From assembly GCA_965205505.1 (NCBI GenBank), contig CBDBHB010000009.1:2592001-2656000 (forward strand): a DNA stretch of 64,000 bases, read 5' to 3'. Position 1 is the first letter of the stretch, and each line of letters begins with the position of its first letter. Position numbers and translations under genes: made by a program. The notes beneath the pieces were generated by a model. It did no database searches. It was given only the letters and a program-made list of their open reading frames with translations, and was not told the origin of the DNA. Below, piece after piece: positions 16,367 through 35,657 of the stretch. The DNA comes from Acidobacteriota bacterium. Its GTDB lineage: Bacteria; Acidobacteriota; UBA890; WLXD01.

Positions 16367-16585
16367 CCTTCGTCTCTTGGCGCCTGAGTCACCAGCCGGC
16401 CGCCATCCGGCACCACCGCGACGACCTGTTGGTGGCCGGCGCCAGCGTCGGCACCAGGCCCGGCGTCCGCCTGTTCGACTACACTGGCAGCCGGCTTCTC
16501 GACCTCGAGGTCCTCTCCGCCGGCGTCCAGTAACTTCTGGCCGTACGGGTGCGGTTGCTCGAGCGCTGGCCTCCGCGCCCCCGAC

Positions 16586-16614
16586 TTGGCGCCTGTGTTG
16601 AGGGGTGATAGCAT
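16586..16614 (+). promoter_or_regulatory. Putative promoter for tRNA-Gly/tRNA-Thr/tuf
   Basis: TTGGCG-17 bp-TAGCAT. Confidence 0.45.
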
Positions 16615-16658
16615 ACCCGTTCTCGCACAGGAGAACTCTGTGCACACCACGGTACGAG

Positions 16659-16732
16659 GCGGGAATAGCTCAATCTGGTAGAGCGCCAGCCTTCCAAGCT
16701 GGGGGTTGCGGGTTCGAGTCCCGTTTCCCGCT
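16659..16732 (+). tRNA. tRNA-Gly(UCC)
   Basis: GCGGGAA/TTCCCGC acceptor, CCAGC-CTTCCAA-GCTGG arm. Confidence 0.97.
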
Positions 16733-16813
16733 CTGTGCGCGGCGTCGGGGCGAATCGGCTGGCCATCCACACGGGACACACCGACGCGATAGCCACGTTT
16801 TGCTTTCGGGAGG

Positions 16814-16888
16814 GCCCACGTGGCTCAGTGGTAGAGCGCTTCCTTGGTAAGGAAGAGGTCACCGGTTCAATCCCGGTCGTGGGCTCCA
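16814..16888 (+). tRNA. tRNA-Thr(GGU)
   Basis: GCCCACG/CGTGGGC acceptor, TTCC-TTGGTAA-GGAA arm, encoded CCA. Confidence 0.97.
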
Positions 16889-16953
16889 CCAGTTTGATCG
16901 AAACACATGCGGCAACCGAACAGCGTGCCTGAACTACGTCAGAGGAGAATCTG

Positions 16954-18147
16954 ATGGCGAAGGAGAAATTCGAACGGACGAAGCCGCATGTAAACGTGGG
17001 GACGATTGGGCACGTGGACCACGGCAAGACGACGTTGACGCAGGCGATCACGCTGATTTTGTCGAAGTTGGGACGAGCGGACTACACGCCGTTCGATGAG
17101 ATCGACAAGGCGCCCGAGGAGAGAGAGCGAGGGATCACGATCGCGATAGCGCACGTTGAGTACGAGTCGGAGACAAGGCATTACGCGCACGTGGACTGCC
17201 CAGGGCACGCGGATTACATCAAGAACATGATCACGGGTGCGGCGCAGATGGACGGAGCGATCTTGGTGGTGTCGGCGGCAGATGGGCCGATGCCGCAGAC
17301 GCGGGAGCACATATTGCTGGCAAGGCAGGTGGGAGTGCCGGCGATGGTGGTGTTTCTGAACAAGGTCGACATGGTGGACGACGAGGAGCTGCTGGAGCTG
17401 GTGGAGCTGGAGGTACGGGAGCTGCTGTCGACGTATGAGTTTCCAGGGGACGATCTTCCGGTGGTAAAGGGATCGGCGCTGCAGGCGGCGGAGTCGGGAG
17501 ATCCGGAGTCGGAGGCCGGCAAGCAGATTCTCGAGTTGGTGGAAGCGCTTGACAGCTATATACCGGAGCCGAAGCGAGCGCTGGACCAGGCTTTCATGAT
17601 GGCGATCGAGGACGTGTTCACGATCTCTGGACGAGGCACGGTGGTAACGGGCCGAATCGACCGGGGAGTGGTGAAGACGGGAGAAGAGGTGGAGATCGTC
17701 GGGATTCGCGAGACGCAGAAGAAGGTGGTGACGGGAGTAGAGATGTTCCGGAAGATTCTCGATGAGGGTCAAGCCGGAGACAACGTGGGCGTGTTGTTGA
17801 GGGGAACGGACCGAGATGATGTGGAGCGGGGGCAGGTGCTGGCGAAGCCAGGAACGATCAAGCCGCACACGAGGTTTTCGGCCGAGGTGTATGTGTTGAC
17901 CAAGGATGAGGGAGGTCGACATACGCCGTTCTTCAAGGGATACCGGCCGCAGTTTTATTTCAGGACGACGGATGTGACCGGCTCGGTAGAGTTGCCCGAA
18001 GGCGTGGAGATGGTGATGCCCGGGGACAACGTGACGATCGCCGGAGATTTGATCACACCGATCGCGATGGAGAAGGGTCTGCGGTTTGCTATCCGCGAGG
18101 GCGGACGAACGGTGGGCGCTGGCACGATCACTGATATCCACGAGTAG
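16954..18147 (+). CDS. tuf: Elongation factor Tu (copy 1)
   Basis: [31 protein letters not shown]. Confidence 0.99.
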   Translation: MAKEKFERTKPHVNVGTIGHVDHGKTTLTQAITLILSKLGRADYTPFDEIDKAPEERERGITIAIAHVEYESETRHYAHVDCPGHADYIKNMITGAAQMDGAILVVSAADGPMPQTREHILLARQVGVPAMVVFLNKVDMVDDEELLELVELEVRELLSTYEFPGDDLPVVKGSALQAAESGDPESEAGKQILELVEALDSYIPEPKRALDQAFMMAIEDVFTISGRGTVVTGRIDRGVVKTGEEVEIVGIRETQKKVVTGVEMFRKILDEGQAGDNVGVLLRGTDRDDVERGQVLAKPGTIKPHTRFSAEVYVLTKDEGGRHTPFFKGYRPQFYFRTTDVTGSVELPEGVEMVMPGDNVTIAGDLITPIAMEKGLRFAIREGGRTVGAGTITDIHE

Positions 18148-18154
18148 ATACGAG

Positions 18155-18228
18155 AGGGCAGTAGCTCTAATTGGCAGAGCACCGGACTCCAAATCCGGGG
18201 GTTGTGGGTTCGAATCCCTCCTGCCCTG
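18155..18228 (+). tRNA. tRNA-Trp(CCA)
   Basis: AGGGCAG/CTGCCCT acceptor, CCGGA-CTCCAAA-TCCGG arm. Confidence 0.96.
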
Positions 18229-18264
18229 CCTCTTGAACGCGACGAGGCGGTAGAAGTAGCGGGC

Positions 18265-18459
18265 ATGTGGAATCGCTGGAAGACGTTCGTTCGTGAGGTC
18301 AGGGACGAGGTGAAGAAGGTCACCTGGCCAAAGCGCAACGAGGTTTATGGCACCACCACGGTGGTGATCATGACTTGCATCATTTTCGGTGTGTATTTGT
18401 GGTTCGTCGATGTCGTCATGAGTCGCATCATCACGTGGCTCTACGCGGCGTTCGGTTAG
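18265..18459 (+). CDS. secE: Preprotein translocase SecE
   Basis: EVKKVTWPKRNE plus one TM; position before nusG. Confidence 0.93.
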   Translation: MWNRWKTFVREVRDEVKKVTWPKRNEVYGTTTVVIMTCIIFGVYLWFVDVVMSRIITWLYAAFG

Positions 18460-18481
18460 CACGGCTGAGATCGAGACCAAC

Positions 18482-19168
18482 GTGACCAAACAGGCCGATA
18501 AGAACCTCGAGGCAGCGGCCCGGGCCCTGGGCCTAGAGCCTGATATCTCTGTCGCCGAGGAACCCGCGCCGTCCGCCGAAGAAGCGCCCGTCGAGGCACT
18601 ACCCGACGGCGGATCCAGCGTTCAGCCGGACCCGGAAGACGGCACGAGCTGGTACGTCGTTCATACCTATTCAGGCTACGAGCGCAAGGTACAGCAGAGC
18701 TTGGAGGAGCGCGTACGTACGCTCGGCCTGGGCGAGGAGATTCGCGAGATCCTGATCCCGACCGAAGACGTCGTGGAGATGAAATCGGGCAAGAAGGTGG
18801 TCACTTCCAAGAAGTTCTTTCCCGGCTACTTGCTGGTGCGTATGAAAATGGCGGAGGAGCTCTGGCATTTGGTCAAGAACACGCCGCGCGTCACCGGGTT
18901 CGTCGGCGAGGGACGCAACGCCATCGCGCTCACCCAGTTGGAGGTCGACAAGATACTCAATCGCATGGAGGAGTCGGTCGAGGCGCCGAAGCCCAAGTTC
19001 CAGTTCGCCAAGGGCGAGACGGTGCGGATCGTCGACGGGCCGTTCACCAATTTCTCGGGCAAGGTTGACGAGGTCGACAACCGCCGCAGCACCCTCAAGG
19101 TGATGGTATCGATCTTCGGCCGCGCCACGCCCGTTGAGCTTGACTTCTTTCAGGTCGAGAAGGCCTGA
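18482..19168 (+). CDS. nusG: Transcription factor NusG (acidic N-terminal extension)
   Basis: WYVVHTYSGYE, FFPGY, VTGFVG, GPF, IFGRATPVEL. Confidence 0.97.
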   Translation: MTKQADKNLEAAARALGLEPDISVAEEPAPSAEEAPVEALPDGGSSVQPDPEDGTSWYVVHTYSGYERKVQQSLEERVRTLGLGEEIREILIPTEDVVEMKSGKKVVTSKKFFPGYLLVRMKMAEELWHLVKNTPRVTGFVGEGRNAIALTQLEVDKILNRMEESVEAPKPKFQFAKGETVRIVDGPFTNFSGKVDEVDNRRSTLKVMVSIFGRATPVELDFFQVEKA

Positions 19169-19195
19169 GCATGTATTCGCAGCGAGTGACGACAC

Positions 19196-19660
19196 ATGGC
19201 TAAGAAGATCAAGGCCGTAATCGGGCTCGTAAAGCTGCAGATCCCTGCCGGTAAGGCGACGCCGGCGCCGCCTGTCGGCCCGGCGCTCGGCCAGCACGGC
19301 GTCAACATCATGGACTTCTGCAACGCGTTCAACTCCGCTACCAAAGATCAGCCGGGGATGATCATTCCGGTTGTGCTCACCGTCTACAACGATCGCACGT
19401 ACTCGTTCATCACCAAGACGCCGCCGGCCGCAGTCTTGCTGAAGAAGGCCGCCAACATCGCGTCCGGATCGGGGGAGCCGAACAAGGACATCGTGGCGAC
19501 CGTGACACGCGAGCAGGTAGAGGAGATCGCGAAACTCAAGATGCCCGACCTCAATGCGTTCGATGTCGACGCCGCGGTGAAGATCATCGCCGGAACGGCG
19601 CGCTCGATGGGCATTGAAATAGCTGGTCTCGAGGCCGAGCAGGCCGTGGTGAAAGTGTGA
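19196..19660 (+). CDS. rplK: 50S ribosomal protein L11
   Basis: [29 protein letters not shown]. Confidence 0.99.
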   Translation: MAKKIKAVIGLVKLQIPAGKATPAPPVGPALGQHGVNIMDFCNAFNSATKDQPGMIIPVVLTVYNDRTYSFITKTPPAAVLLKKAANIASGSGEPNKDIVATVTREQVEEIAKLKMPDLNAFDVDAAVKIIAGTARSMGIEIAGLEAEQAVVKV

Positions 19661-19896
19661 TGGGCGTAACCCTTCGGGCAAGTGGGAGTTACGGGCGAAT
19701 GGCGTCGTCGTTCCTCCTCGACGATGGCTCCAGCATCGCCTCGTCGTCGATCCTTGCCCGCGCCCGTAAGTCCCACTTGCCAGACCCACCACACTTTCAC
19801 CACGGCCTGCTAGGGCATCGCCTGTGTCAGGCCGCCTTGCATCTGGCCCCAACTCGCCGTAACCAGACCCACCACTCTTTCCCCACGGCCTGCTAG
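19636..19896. mobile_element. CTAG-family palindromic element, copy B (one-module unit 19636-19813 plus extra right half 19814-19896)
   Basis: Same terminal repeat as copy A; two right ends CACGGCCTGCTAG at 19801-19813 and 19884-19896. Confidence 0.8.
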
Positions 19897-19909
19897 AGAG
19901 CGAGATCGA

Positions 19910-20605
19910 ATGCCCAAGCACGGTAAGCGCTACGCGCAGGCGAAGGTGGCAATGGAAGCACGCGACCACAGCATCAACGAGGCCGTTGCAGCACTGAGGT
20001 CGGCGGCGTACGCGAAGTTCGACGAAACGCTCGAAGTAGCGGTTAATCTCGATGTTGATCCTCGGCACGCAGACCAGATGGTGCGCTCGAGCGTGGTGCT
20101 GCCGCACGGCACGGGCAAGACCAAGCGCATCTTGGTGTTCGCGCAAGGTGAAAAGGTCAAGGAAGCTGAGGAGGCCGGTGCTGACCACGTCGGCGGCAAG
20201 GACCTGGTCGACAAGATTACCGGTGGTTGGCTGGAGTTCGACGCGGTGATTTCTACCCCCGACATGATGCGCGAGGTCGGCAAGCTGGGCCGTGTGCTGG
20301 GGCCGCGCGGGCTGATGCCGAATCCGAAAACGGGCACGGTGACTTTCGATGTGGGCAAGGCCGTCGACGAGATAAAGGGCGGCAAGCTCGACTTTCGAGT
20401 CGACAAGAACGGTGTTGTCCATGCCCCGTTGGGGCGCCTTTCCTTCGACGAGCAGCAGTTGGTGGACAACATCCGAGCGATGTTCGAGGCGGTTATGCGT
20501 GCCAAGCCGGCAGCTGCCAAAGGTAAGTACGTCAAGAGCGTGTACCTGACAACGACGATGGGCCCGAGTGTGGCTGTCGACGTCGACGAAGTGAAGCTGC
20601 AGTAG
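19910..20605 (+). CDS. rplA: 50S ribosomal protein L1
   Basis: [23 protein letters not shown]. Confidence 0.99.
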   Translation: MPKHGKRYAQAKVAMEARDHSINEAVAALRSAAYAKFDETLEVAVNLDVDPRHADQMVRSSVVLPHGTGKTKRILVFAQGEKVKEAEEAGADHVGGKDLVDKITGGWLEFDAVISTPDMMREVGKLGRVLGPRGLMPNPKTGTVTFDVGKAVDEIKGGKLDFRVDKNGVVHAPLGRLSFDEQQLVDNIRAMFEAVMRAKPAAAKGKYVKSVYLTTTMGPSVAVDVDEVKLQ

Positions 20606-20613
20606 GTGATCTG

Positions 20614-21138
20614 ATGAACCGATCCCAGAAACAGGAAGAGATTGAGTGCTTGGGCGCGACGATCGGCCAGCTGGCGCACGCTTTCCTGGTCGACTTCACC
20701 GGGCTCAGTGTGGCGCACTCAACGGATCTGCGTACTCAGCTTCGTGAGAATGACGGCGTCATGCGGATCGTCAAGAATCGCCTCGCAAAACGCGCCTTCG
20801 CGGATACGGCACTGGGCCAGGCTGAGTCGGCTTTCGTTGGGCAGACAGCGATCGTCTATCCGAACGGTGAGGACGCGGTTGCGATCGCCAAAGTCCTGCG
20901 TGACTTCAACAAGGAGCACGACATCGGCGGTGTCAAGATCGGCCTTGTCGATGGTCAGCTGATCACCCCCGAAGAGTTTCAGAGTTTCGCGGACCTGCCA
21001 TCTCGCAATGAGCTCGTCGCGAAGGTTGTGTACCTGATGCAGTATCCGATCACGGGTCTGGCAACCGCCTTGAACAGCATCCTGCGCAACTTTGTCGTGG
21101 TGTTGGATGCGGTCCGACAACAACAAGAGAACGAATAA
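20614..21138 (+). CDS. rplJ: 50S ribosomal protein L10
   Basis: [20 protein letters not shown]; synteny. Confidence 0.95.
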   Translation: MNRSQKQEEIECLGATIGQLAHAFLVDFTGLSVAHSTDLRTQLRENDGVMRIVKNRLAKRAFADTALGQAESAFVGQTAIVYPNGEDAVAIAKVLRDFNKEHDIGGVKIGLVDGQLITPEEFQSFADLPSRNELVAKVVYLMQYPITGLATALNSILRNFVVVLDAVRQQQENE

Positions 21139-21182
21139 GCCGGCCGCCCGCCGGGCGTAGCCGAGTAAGCCGGAGGAATACC

Positions 21183-21566
21183 GTGGCCAAGCAGCTTTCA
21201 AGCGAACAATTCATCGAACAGATTGAGAACATGTCGGTCCTTGACCTGGCCAATCTGGTCAAGGAACTCGAGGAGAAGTTCGGCGTCAGCGCGCAGGCGA
21301 TGGCCGTACCCGCTATGGCTGCGGGCGGTGGCGCTGCCGAGGCCGAGGAAGAGCAGGACTCTTTCGATGTCACGCTGATCACGTTCGGCGACAAGAAGAT
21401 CAATGTGATCAAAACCGTCCGCCAGGTCACGAGCCTGGGCCTGAAGGAGGCCAAGGAGCTTGTCGACAACCTGCCGCGGGCGGTCAAGGAAGGCGTTAGC
21501 AAGGAAGAGGCTGAAGAGCTGAAGTCCAAGTTCGAGGAAGCCGGCGCCCAGGTCGAGCTCAAGTAA
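21183..21566 (+). CDS. rplL: 50S ribosomal protein L7/L12
   Basis: [19 protein letters not shown]. Confidence 0.98.
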   Translation: MAKQLSSEQFIEQIENMSVLDLANLVKELEEKFGVSAQAMAVPAMAAGGGAAEAEEEQDSFDVTLITFGDKKINVIKTVRQVTSLGLKEAKELVDNLPRAVKEGVSKEEAEELKSKFEEAGAQVELK

Positions 21567-21723
21567 GGCTTGCAGAGCAGAGATGTCGTGGCGCTCTGCG
21601 GGAGTTGCGGGGCACGCGCAAATTCCGTTCCTCACGCACCGTTCCGGTGCGCGAGGTCGGATTCTGTTTCTGTGTTCATTGAAGTACTGACGGGGGCACA
21701 GTTCCCCGAGGGAGTCCCGGTTC

Positions 21724-25839
<4,116 letters not shown>

Positions 25840-25894
25840 TGGCCCGGGCGTACACAGTTGTCAGAGTTTTCCCGTCGAACAAGGTGGTGGGATC

Positions 25895-30094
<4,200 letters not shown>

Positions 30095-30120
30095 CGGCGT
30101 TTTCTGAGCCGCCGGTCGGA

Positions 30121-30148
30121 TTGACTGACGCAAGGCGACTGCTATACT
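30121..30148 (+). promoter_or_regulatory. Putative str operon promoter
   Basis: TTGACT-16 bp-TATACT with TGn extension. Confidence 0.65.
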
Positions 30149-30322
30149 GAGCGCCTGCCTAGGGGCACAGGGGGGTCGTGCGGGCTGACCACGCGGCCCT
30201 CAATCGACATCATTTGTTTTTCCGCCTAGGGTTGCTCCGGCCCCTGGCCCCCACCTGACTCGTGGTTGGGAGGGAGCTTTGCCTGCGGCGGACGAACCCG
30301 GAAACGGTTGTAGAGGTATTTC

Positions 30323-30697
30323 TTGCCTACCGTCAACCAACTGGTGAGGAAGGGGCGTAAGCGGGTTACCGCCAAGACGTCGAGTCCGGCCCTGCAGAGG
30401 TGTCCGCAGCGTCGCGGTGTGTGTACCCGTGTGTATACGACGACCCCGAAGAAGCCCAATTCGGCGTTGCGCAAAGTAGCGCGTGTGCGTTTGACGAACG
30501 GAATGGAAGTTACCTCATATATCCCCGGCATCGGGCATAACTTGCAGGAGCACTCCATCGTTCTGATTCGCGGCGGCCGCGTTAAGGATCTTCCTGGAGT
30601 CAGGTATCACGTCATTCGTGGCACGCTCGACGCCTCGGGCGTCGACGGCCGTAGGCAGGGTCGGTCGAAGTACGGAGCCAAGCGGCCCAAGTCCTGA
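30323..30697 (+). CDS. rpsL: 30S ribosomal protein S12
   Basis: [22 protein letters not shown]; TTG start. Confidence 0.99.
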   Translation: MPTVNQLVRKGRKRVTAKTSSPALQRCPQRRGVCTRVYTTTPKKPNSALRKVARVRLTNGMEVTSYIPGIGHNLQEHSIVLIRGGRVKDLPGVRYHVIRGTLDASGVDGRRQGRSKYGAKRPKS

Positions 30698-30816
30698 CGC
30701 CTGCTCGCCTTTGTCGGCGTGTTCCGCCGGCCCTTCCCTCCTCTTTCCGGCAAAACTAGGGGAATTGTGTACAGCCACCGGCCGGGCTTCGTGCCCTGTG
30801 GTGGCGGAGAAAAACC

Positions 30817-31293
30817 ATGCCGAGAAAAGACGTCAAGGTCAGGCAGCACGCTGTCGCACCGGATGCGATCTACGACAGTCGTCAGCTCTCTAAGTTCATC
30901 AACCACCTGATGCTCGCCGGTAAGAAGAGCCTGGCTCAGCGGTTGGTGTACGACGCTCTCGAACGTGTCAAGGAGAAGTCCGAGGATGACGACGCGTTGG
31001 GGGTCTTCAAGCGCGCCATAGACAACGTACGTCCGGTGCTCGAGGTGAAGTCGCGGCGCGTCGGTGGTTCGACTTATCAGGTTCCGATCGAGGTTTACCC
31101 ACGTCGTCGTACGTCGTTGGCGATGCGGTGGCTAATTGCCGCGGCACGTTCACGCGGCGAGCGGACAATGTCCGAGCGTCTGTGTAACGAGTTGCTCGAC
31201 GCCTCGAGCGGTCGCGGCTCAGCCGTGAAGAAGAGAGAAGACACCCATCGGATGGCAGAGGCCAACAAGGCCTTTGCGCACTACCGCTGGTAA
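30817..31293 (+). CDS. rpsG: 30S ribosomal protein S7
   Basis: [27 protein letters not shown]. Confidence 0.99.
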   Translation: MPRKDVKVRQHAVAPDAIYDSRQLSKFINHLMLAGKKSLAQRLVYDALERVKEKSEDDDALGVFKRAIDNVRPVLEVKSRRVGGSTYQVPIEVYPRRRTSLAMRWLIAAARSRGERTMSERLCNELLDASSGRGSAVKKREDTHRMAEANKAFAHYRW

Positions 31294-31314
31294 AGACTCG
31301 CAGGAGTAACGACT

Positions 31315-33411
31315 GTGCCTCGCAAGGTGGCGCTCGCGTCAATACGCAACATCGGCATCATGGCGCATATCGATGCCGGTAAGACGACGACGACCGAGCG
31401 CGTTCTTTACTACACCGGGATCACCCACAAGCTCGGCGAGGTCCATGAAGGGACCGCCGAGATGGACTGGATGGTTCAGGAGCAGGAACGCGGCATCACC
31501 ATTACGTCAGCCGCCACCACATGCATGTGGAGGGACCATCGCATCAACATCATCGATACGCCGGGCCACGTCGATTTCACCGCCGAAGTCGAACGCTCGC
31601 TACGCATTCTCGATGGAGCCGTTGCGGTGTTTGATGCGGTGGCCGGCGTGGAGCCACAGAGCGAGACTGTATGGCGTCAGGCGAACAAGTATCGCGTGCC
31701 GCGCATCGCCTTTGTCAACAAGATGGATCGCGTCGGAGCCAACTACGAGCGCTGCTTGCAGATGATGGCGGATCGCTTGCACACGAAGCCGGTACCGGTG
31801 GTGATTCCGTGGGGCGCCGAGGACAACTTCATCGGCGTGATCGACGTCGTGCGCCGCAGCGCCCTGCGCTACAACAGTGATGATCTGGGTACCGAGCCGG
31901 TGGCGGAAGAGATCCCAGCAGAATATCTTGCCGATGTCGAAGCTGCACGAGAGAAGGTGCTGGATGCGGCGAGCGAGATCGACGACGCCATACTCGAGAA
32001 GTACCTCGCCGGCGAGGAGGTCTCAGCCGATGAGATCGTAGCCGCTTTGCGTCAGGGCACCGTAATGCTGCAGCTGACCCCTGTGCTCGCCGGATCTGCA
32101 TTCAAGAACAAGGGTGTCCAGCCGCTTCTGGACGCGGTGATCGACTATCTGCCGTCGCCCGTAGACGTGCCGCCGATCGAAGGTACCGACCCGGATGACG
32201 ATCAACACACCATTCAGCGCAAGGCTGACGACGACGAGCCATTCTCGGCGCTGGTGTTCAAGATCATGACCGACCCGTTCGTCGGTCAACTCGCCTTCTT
32301 CCGCGTGTACTCGGGGCAGGTTGAATCGGGTGAGCGTGTGCTGAACACGACCAGCGGTAAGAAGGAGCGCATCGGACGCTTGCTGAAGATGCACGCCAAC
32401 AAACGCGAGGAGATCAAGAAAGTGCGGGCCGGCGATATCGCCGCCGCAGTCGGTCCAAAGACCGTTTCGACCGGCCATACGATCTGCGACCCGGACCATC
32501 CGGTGCTGCTCGAGACGATGGAGTTCATGAAGCCGGTGATCGCGATGGCCATCGAGCCGAAGACGCGCGCCGATCAGGAGAAGCTCGCCGACGCGCTTTC
32601 CAAGCTGCAGCGAGAGGACCCTACCTTCAAGGTGCATCGCGACGATGAGACCGGACAGACGATCATCGCCGGAATGGGGGAGCTACACCTCGACGTGCTG
32701 GTCGATCGGATGTTCCGCGAGTTCGGTGTGCAGGCGAATGTGGGGGTGCCTCAGGTTGCCTACCGGGAAGCGATCACCAGGGCTGCCAAGGGCGAGGGGC
32801 GTTTCGTCAGGCAGACGGGTGGTCGCGGCCAGTTTGGCCACGCGAAGATCGAGATCGAGCCGCTGCCGCCAGAAGAGGGTCAGAAGTTCGAGTTCATCAA
32901 CCGCGTTGTTGGCGGCAAGGTCCCACGCGAATACATCCCGTCCGTCGAGCGTGGTATTCGCGAAGCCATGGACAACGGCCCGCTCGCTGGCTACGAGGTG
33001 GAAGGCGTTCGCGCCGCTTTGGTGGACGGCTCGTTCCACCAGGTCGATTCCTCAGAGATCGCCTTCAAGATCGCCGGTAGCATGGCGTTCAAGGACGCGA
33101 TGAAGAGCGCGGCGCCGGTGTTGATGGAGCCGATCATGGATCTGGAGATCGTCGTGCCCGAGGGGTACATGGGCGACGTGATTGCCGATATGAACAGCCG
33201 CCGCGGCCGCATCGAGAACCTCGACACGCGCGACGGATTGAAGATTATCAACGGCCGCGTGCCGCTGGCGGCGATGTTCGGCTACGCCACTGACCTGCGG
33301 TCGGTGACACAGGGGCGCGCCAACTTCACCATGCACTTCAAGTGCTACGAGCGAGTTCCGAAAACCATTACCGATGAGATCGTCCTGCGGGTGCGGGGCA
33401 AAGCGGTCTGA
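31315..33411 (+). CDS. fusA: Elongation factor G
   Basis: [31 protein letters not shown]. Confidence 0.99.
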   Translation: MPRKVALASIRNIGIMAHIDAGKTTTTERVLYYTGITHKLGEVHEGTAEMDWMVQEQERGITITSAATTCMWRDHRINIIDTPGHVDFTAEVERSLRILDGAVAVFDAVAGVEPQSETVWRQANKYRVPRIAFVNKMDRVGANYERCLQMMADRLHTKPVPVVIPWGAEDNFIGVIDVVRRSALRYNSDDLGTEPVAEEIPAEYLADVEAAREKVLDAASEIDDAILEKYLAGEEVSADEIVAALRQGTVMLQLTPVLAGSAFKNKGVQPLLDAVIDYLPSPVDVPPIEGTDPDDDQHTIQRKADDDEPFSALVFKIMTDPFVGQLAFFRVYSGQVESGERVLNTTSGKKERIGRLLKMHANKREEIKKVRAGDIAAAVGPKTVSTGHTICDPDHPVLLETMEFMKPVIAMAIEPKTRADQEKLADALSKLQREDPTFKVHRDDETGQTIIAGMGELHLDVLVDRMFREFGVQANVGVPQVAYREAITRAAKGEGRFVRQTGGRGQFGHAKIEIEPLPPEEGQKFEFINRVVGGKVPREYIPSVERGIREAMDNGPLAGYEVEGVRAALVDGSFHQVDSSEIAFKIAGSMAFKDAMKSAAPVLMEPIMDLEIVVPEGYMGDVIADMNSRRGRIENLDTRDGLKIINGRVPLAAMFGYATDLRSVTQGRANFTMHFKCYERVPKTITDEIVLRVRGKAV

Positions 33412-33451
33412 CCTGATGGATCGCTGAGAGAACCCTGGAGAGAAAGAAGCG

Positions 33452-34645
33452 ATGGCGAAGGAGAAATTCGAACGGACGAAGCCGCATGTAAACGTGGGGA
33501 CGATTGGGCACGTGGACCACGGCAAGACGACGTTGACGCAGGCGATCACGCTGATTTTGTCGAAGTTGGGACGAGCGGACTACACGCCGTTCGATGAGAT
33601 CGACAAGGCGCCCGAGGAGAGAGAGCGAGGGATCACGATCGCGATAGCGCACGTTGAGTACGAGTCGGAGACAAGGCATTACGCGCACGTGGACTGCCCA
33701 GGGCACGCGGATTACATCAAGAACATGATCACGGGTGCGGCGCAGATGGACGGAGCGATCTTGGTGGTGTCGGCGGCAGATGGGCCGATGCCGCAGACGC
33801 GGGAGCACATATTGCTGGCAAGGCAGGTGGGAGTGCCGGCGATGGTGGTGTTTCTGAACAAGGTCGACATGGTGGACGACGAGGAGCTGCTGGAGCTGGT
33901 GGAGCTGGAGGTACGGGAGCTGCTGTCGACGTATGAGTTTCCAGGGGACGATCTTCCGGTGGTAAAGGGATCGGCGCTGCAGGCGGCGGAGTCGGGAGAT
34001 CCGGAGTCGGAGGCCGGCAAGCAGATTCTCGAGTTGGTGGAAGCGCTTGACAGCTATATACCGGAGCCGAAGCGAGCGCTGGACCAGGCTTTCATGATGG
34101 CGATCGAGGACGTGTTCACGATCTCTGGACGAGGCACGGTGGTAACGGGCCGAATCGACCGGGGAGTGGTGAAGACGGGAGAAGAGGTGGAGATCGTCGG
34201 GATTCGCGAGACGCAGAAGAAGGTGGTGACGGGAGTAGAGATGTTCCGGAAGATTCTCGATGAGGGTCAAGCCGGAGACAACGTGGGCGTGTTGTTGAGG
34301 GGAACGGACCGAGATGATGTGGAGCGGGGGCAGGTGCTGGCGAAGCCAGGAACGATCAAGCCGCACACGAGGTTTTCGGCCGAGGTGTATGTGTTGACCA
34401 AGGATGAGGGAGGTCGACATACGCCGTTCTTCAAGGGATACCGGCCGCAGTTTTATTTCAGGACGACGGATGTGACCGGCTCGGTAGAGTTGCCCGAAGG
34501 CGTGGAGATGGTGATGCCCGGGGACAACGTGACGATCGCCGGAGATTTGATCACACCGATCGCGATGGAGAAGGGTCTGCGGTTTGCTATCCGCGAGGGC
34601 GGACGAACGGTGGGCGCTGGCACGATCACTGATATCCACGAGTAG
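33452..34645 (+). CDS. tuf: Elongation factor Tu (copy 2)
   Basis: Protein identical to 16954-18147. Confidence 0.99.
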   Translation: MAKEKFERTKPHVNVGTIGHVDHGKTTLTQAITLILSKLGRADYTPFDEIDKAPEERERGITIAIAHVEYESETRHYAHVDCPGHADYIKNMITGAAQMDGAILVVSAADGPMPQTREHILLARQVGVPAMVVFLNKVDMVDDEELLELVELEVRELLSTYEFPGDDLPVVKGSALQAAESGDPESEAGKQILELVEALDSYIPEPKRALDQAFMMAIEDVFTISGRGTVVTGRIDRGVVKTGEEVEIVGIRETQKKVVTGVEMFRKILDEGQAGDNVGVLLRGTDRDDVERGQVLAKPGTIKPHTRFSAEVYVLTKDEGGRHTPFFKGYRPQFYFRTTDVTGSVELPEGVEMVMPGDNVTIAGDLITPIAMEKGLRFAIREGGRTVGAGTITDIHE

Positions 34646-34690
34646 GGCGCCGAGTATCGGGGTTCTCACAAATGCTGAAGGTGTAGCGGG

Positions 34691-35011
34691 ATGGACCAGA
34701 AAATTCGAATCCGGCTCAAGGCCTACGACTATCGCGTGCTCGACCAGTCGGCGCACGAGATCGTCGACACGGCCGAGCGTACGGGGGCTGAGGTAGCCGG
34801 TCCTATCCCGCTGCCTACCGAGCGCGCTGTCTACACGGTGCTGCGCTCTCCCCATGTCAACAAGAAGTCGCGGGAACAGTTCGAGATCCGCACCCACAAG
34901 CGACTCGTAGACATCCTGACAGCCACTCCGCAAACGGTGGACGCGCTGATGAAGCTCGATCTTCCGGCGGGTGTGGATGTAGAGATCAAGGCCTTCGGGC
35001 CTGAACACTGA
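34691..35011 (+). CDS. rpsJ: 30S ribosomal protein S10
   Basis: [22 protein letters not shown]. Confidence 0.99.
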   Translation: MDQKIRIRLKAYDYRVLDQSAHEIVDTAERTGAEVAGPIPLPTERAVYTVLRSPHVNKKSREQFEIRTHKRLVDILTATPQTVDALMKLDLPAGVDVEIKAFGPEH

Positions 35012-35022
35012 CGGCGGCAGAG

Positions 35023-35655
35023 ATGAAGGGTCTGATCGGACAGAAGGTCGGAATGACGCGGATCTTCGATGACGCTGGCAACCACGTGCCGGTAACCGTG
35101 CTGCGTGCCGGCCCGTGCGTCGTGTTGCAGGTGCGCAATGAGGAGCGTGATGGCTATCGCGCCGCGCAGTTGGGCTACATCGAGGAGGGTCTGCGGCCCG
35201 AAAAGCTCAACAAACCGACCCGAGGACATCTCGCGAAGGTCGGAGCGCCACCGGTGCGCATGATCCGTGAGTTCCCGCTGTCTGTCGAGGCCGAGACGAA
35301 GGAGGGCGATCGACTCACGGTGGAGCTCTTCAGCGACGTCGAGAAGGTGGATGTAACAGCAACGAGCAAGGGGCGCGGCTTTGCCGGTGTGATGAAGCGC
35401 TACGGCTTCAAGGGCGGCAAGGCAACACATGGTTCGATGTTCCATCGGGCGCCCGGCGCTATCGGCCAGGCGGCGTGGCCATCGCGAGTGTTCAAAGGCA
35501 AGAAGATGCCCGGGCAGATGGGCGGTCGGCGTGTTACCCAGCAGGGGCTGCGGGTGGTAAAGGTGGATCCGGAGCGCCACCTGCTAATGGTCAGGGGAGC
35601 GGTGCCCGGGGCGCCGCGCGGATACGTGCTCATACGCCAAGCGGTTCGAGGTTGA
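35023..35655 (+). CDS. rplC: 50S ribosomal protein L3
   Basis: [29 protein letters not shown]. Confidence 0.98.
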   Translation: MKGLIGQKVGMTRIFDDAGNHVPVTVLRAGPCVVLQVRNEERDGYRAAQLGYIEEGLRPEKLNKPTRGHLAKVGAPPVRMIREFPLSVEAETKEGDRLTVELFSDVEKVDVTATSKGRGFAGVMKRYGFKGGKATHGSMFHRAPGAIGQAAWPSRVFKGKKMPGQMGGRRVTQQGLRVVKVDPERHLLMVRGAVPGAPRGYVLIRQAVRG

Positions 35656-35657
35656 CG

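Noticed and set aside
16939-18489. Long antisense ORFs over tuf, rpoB/C, purD and ribosomal genes (e.g. 516, 583, 568 and 546 aa)
   Set aside because: Shadow frames of high-GC coding sequence; no motifs, and fully overlapping well-supported genes.
30698-30816. Long rpsL-rpsG spacer as a novel RNA
   Set aside because: An S7 autoregulatory spacer is known at this position in other bacteria; no distinctive structure seen.
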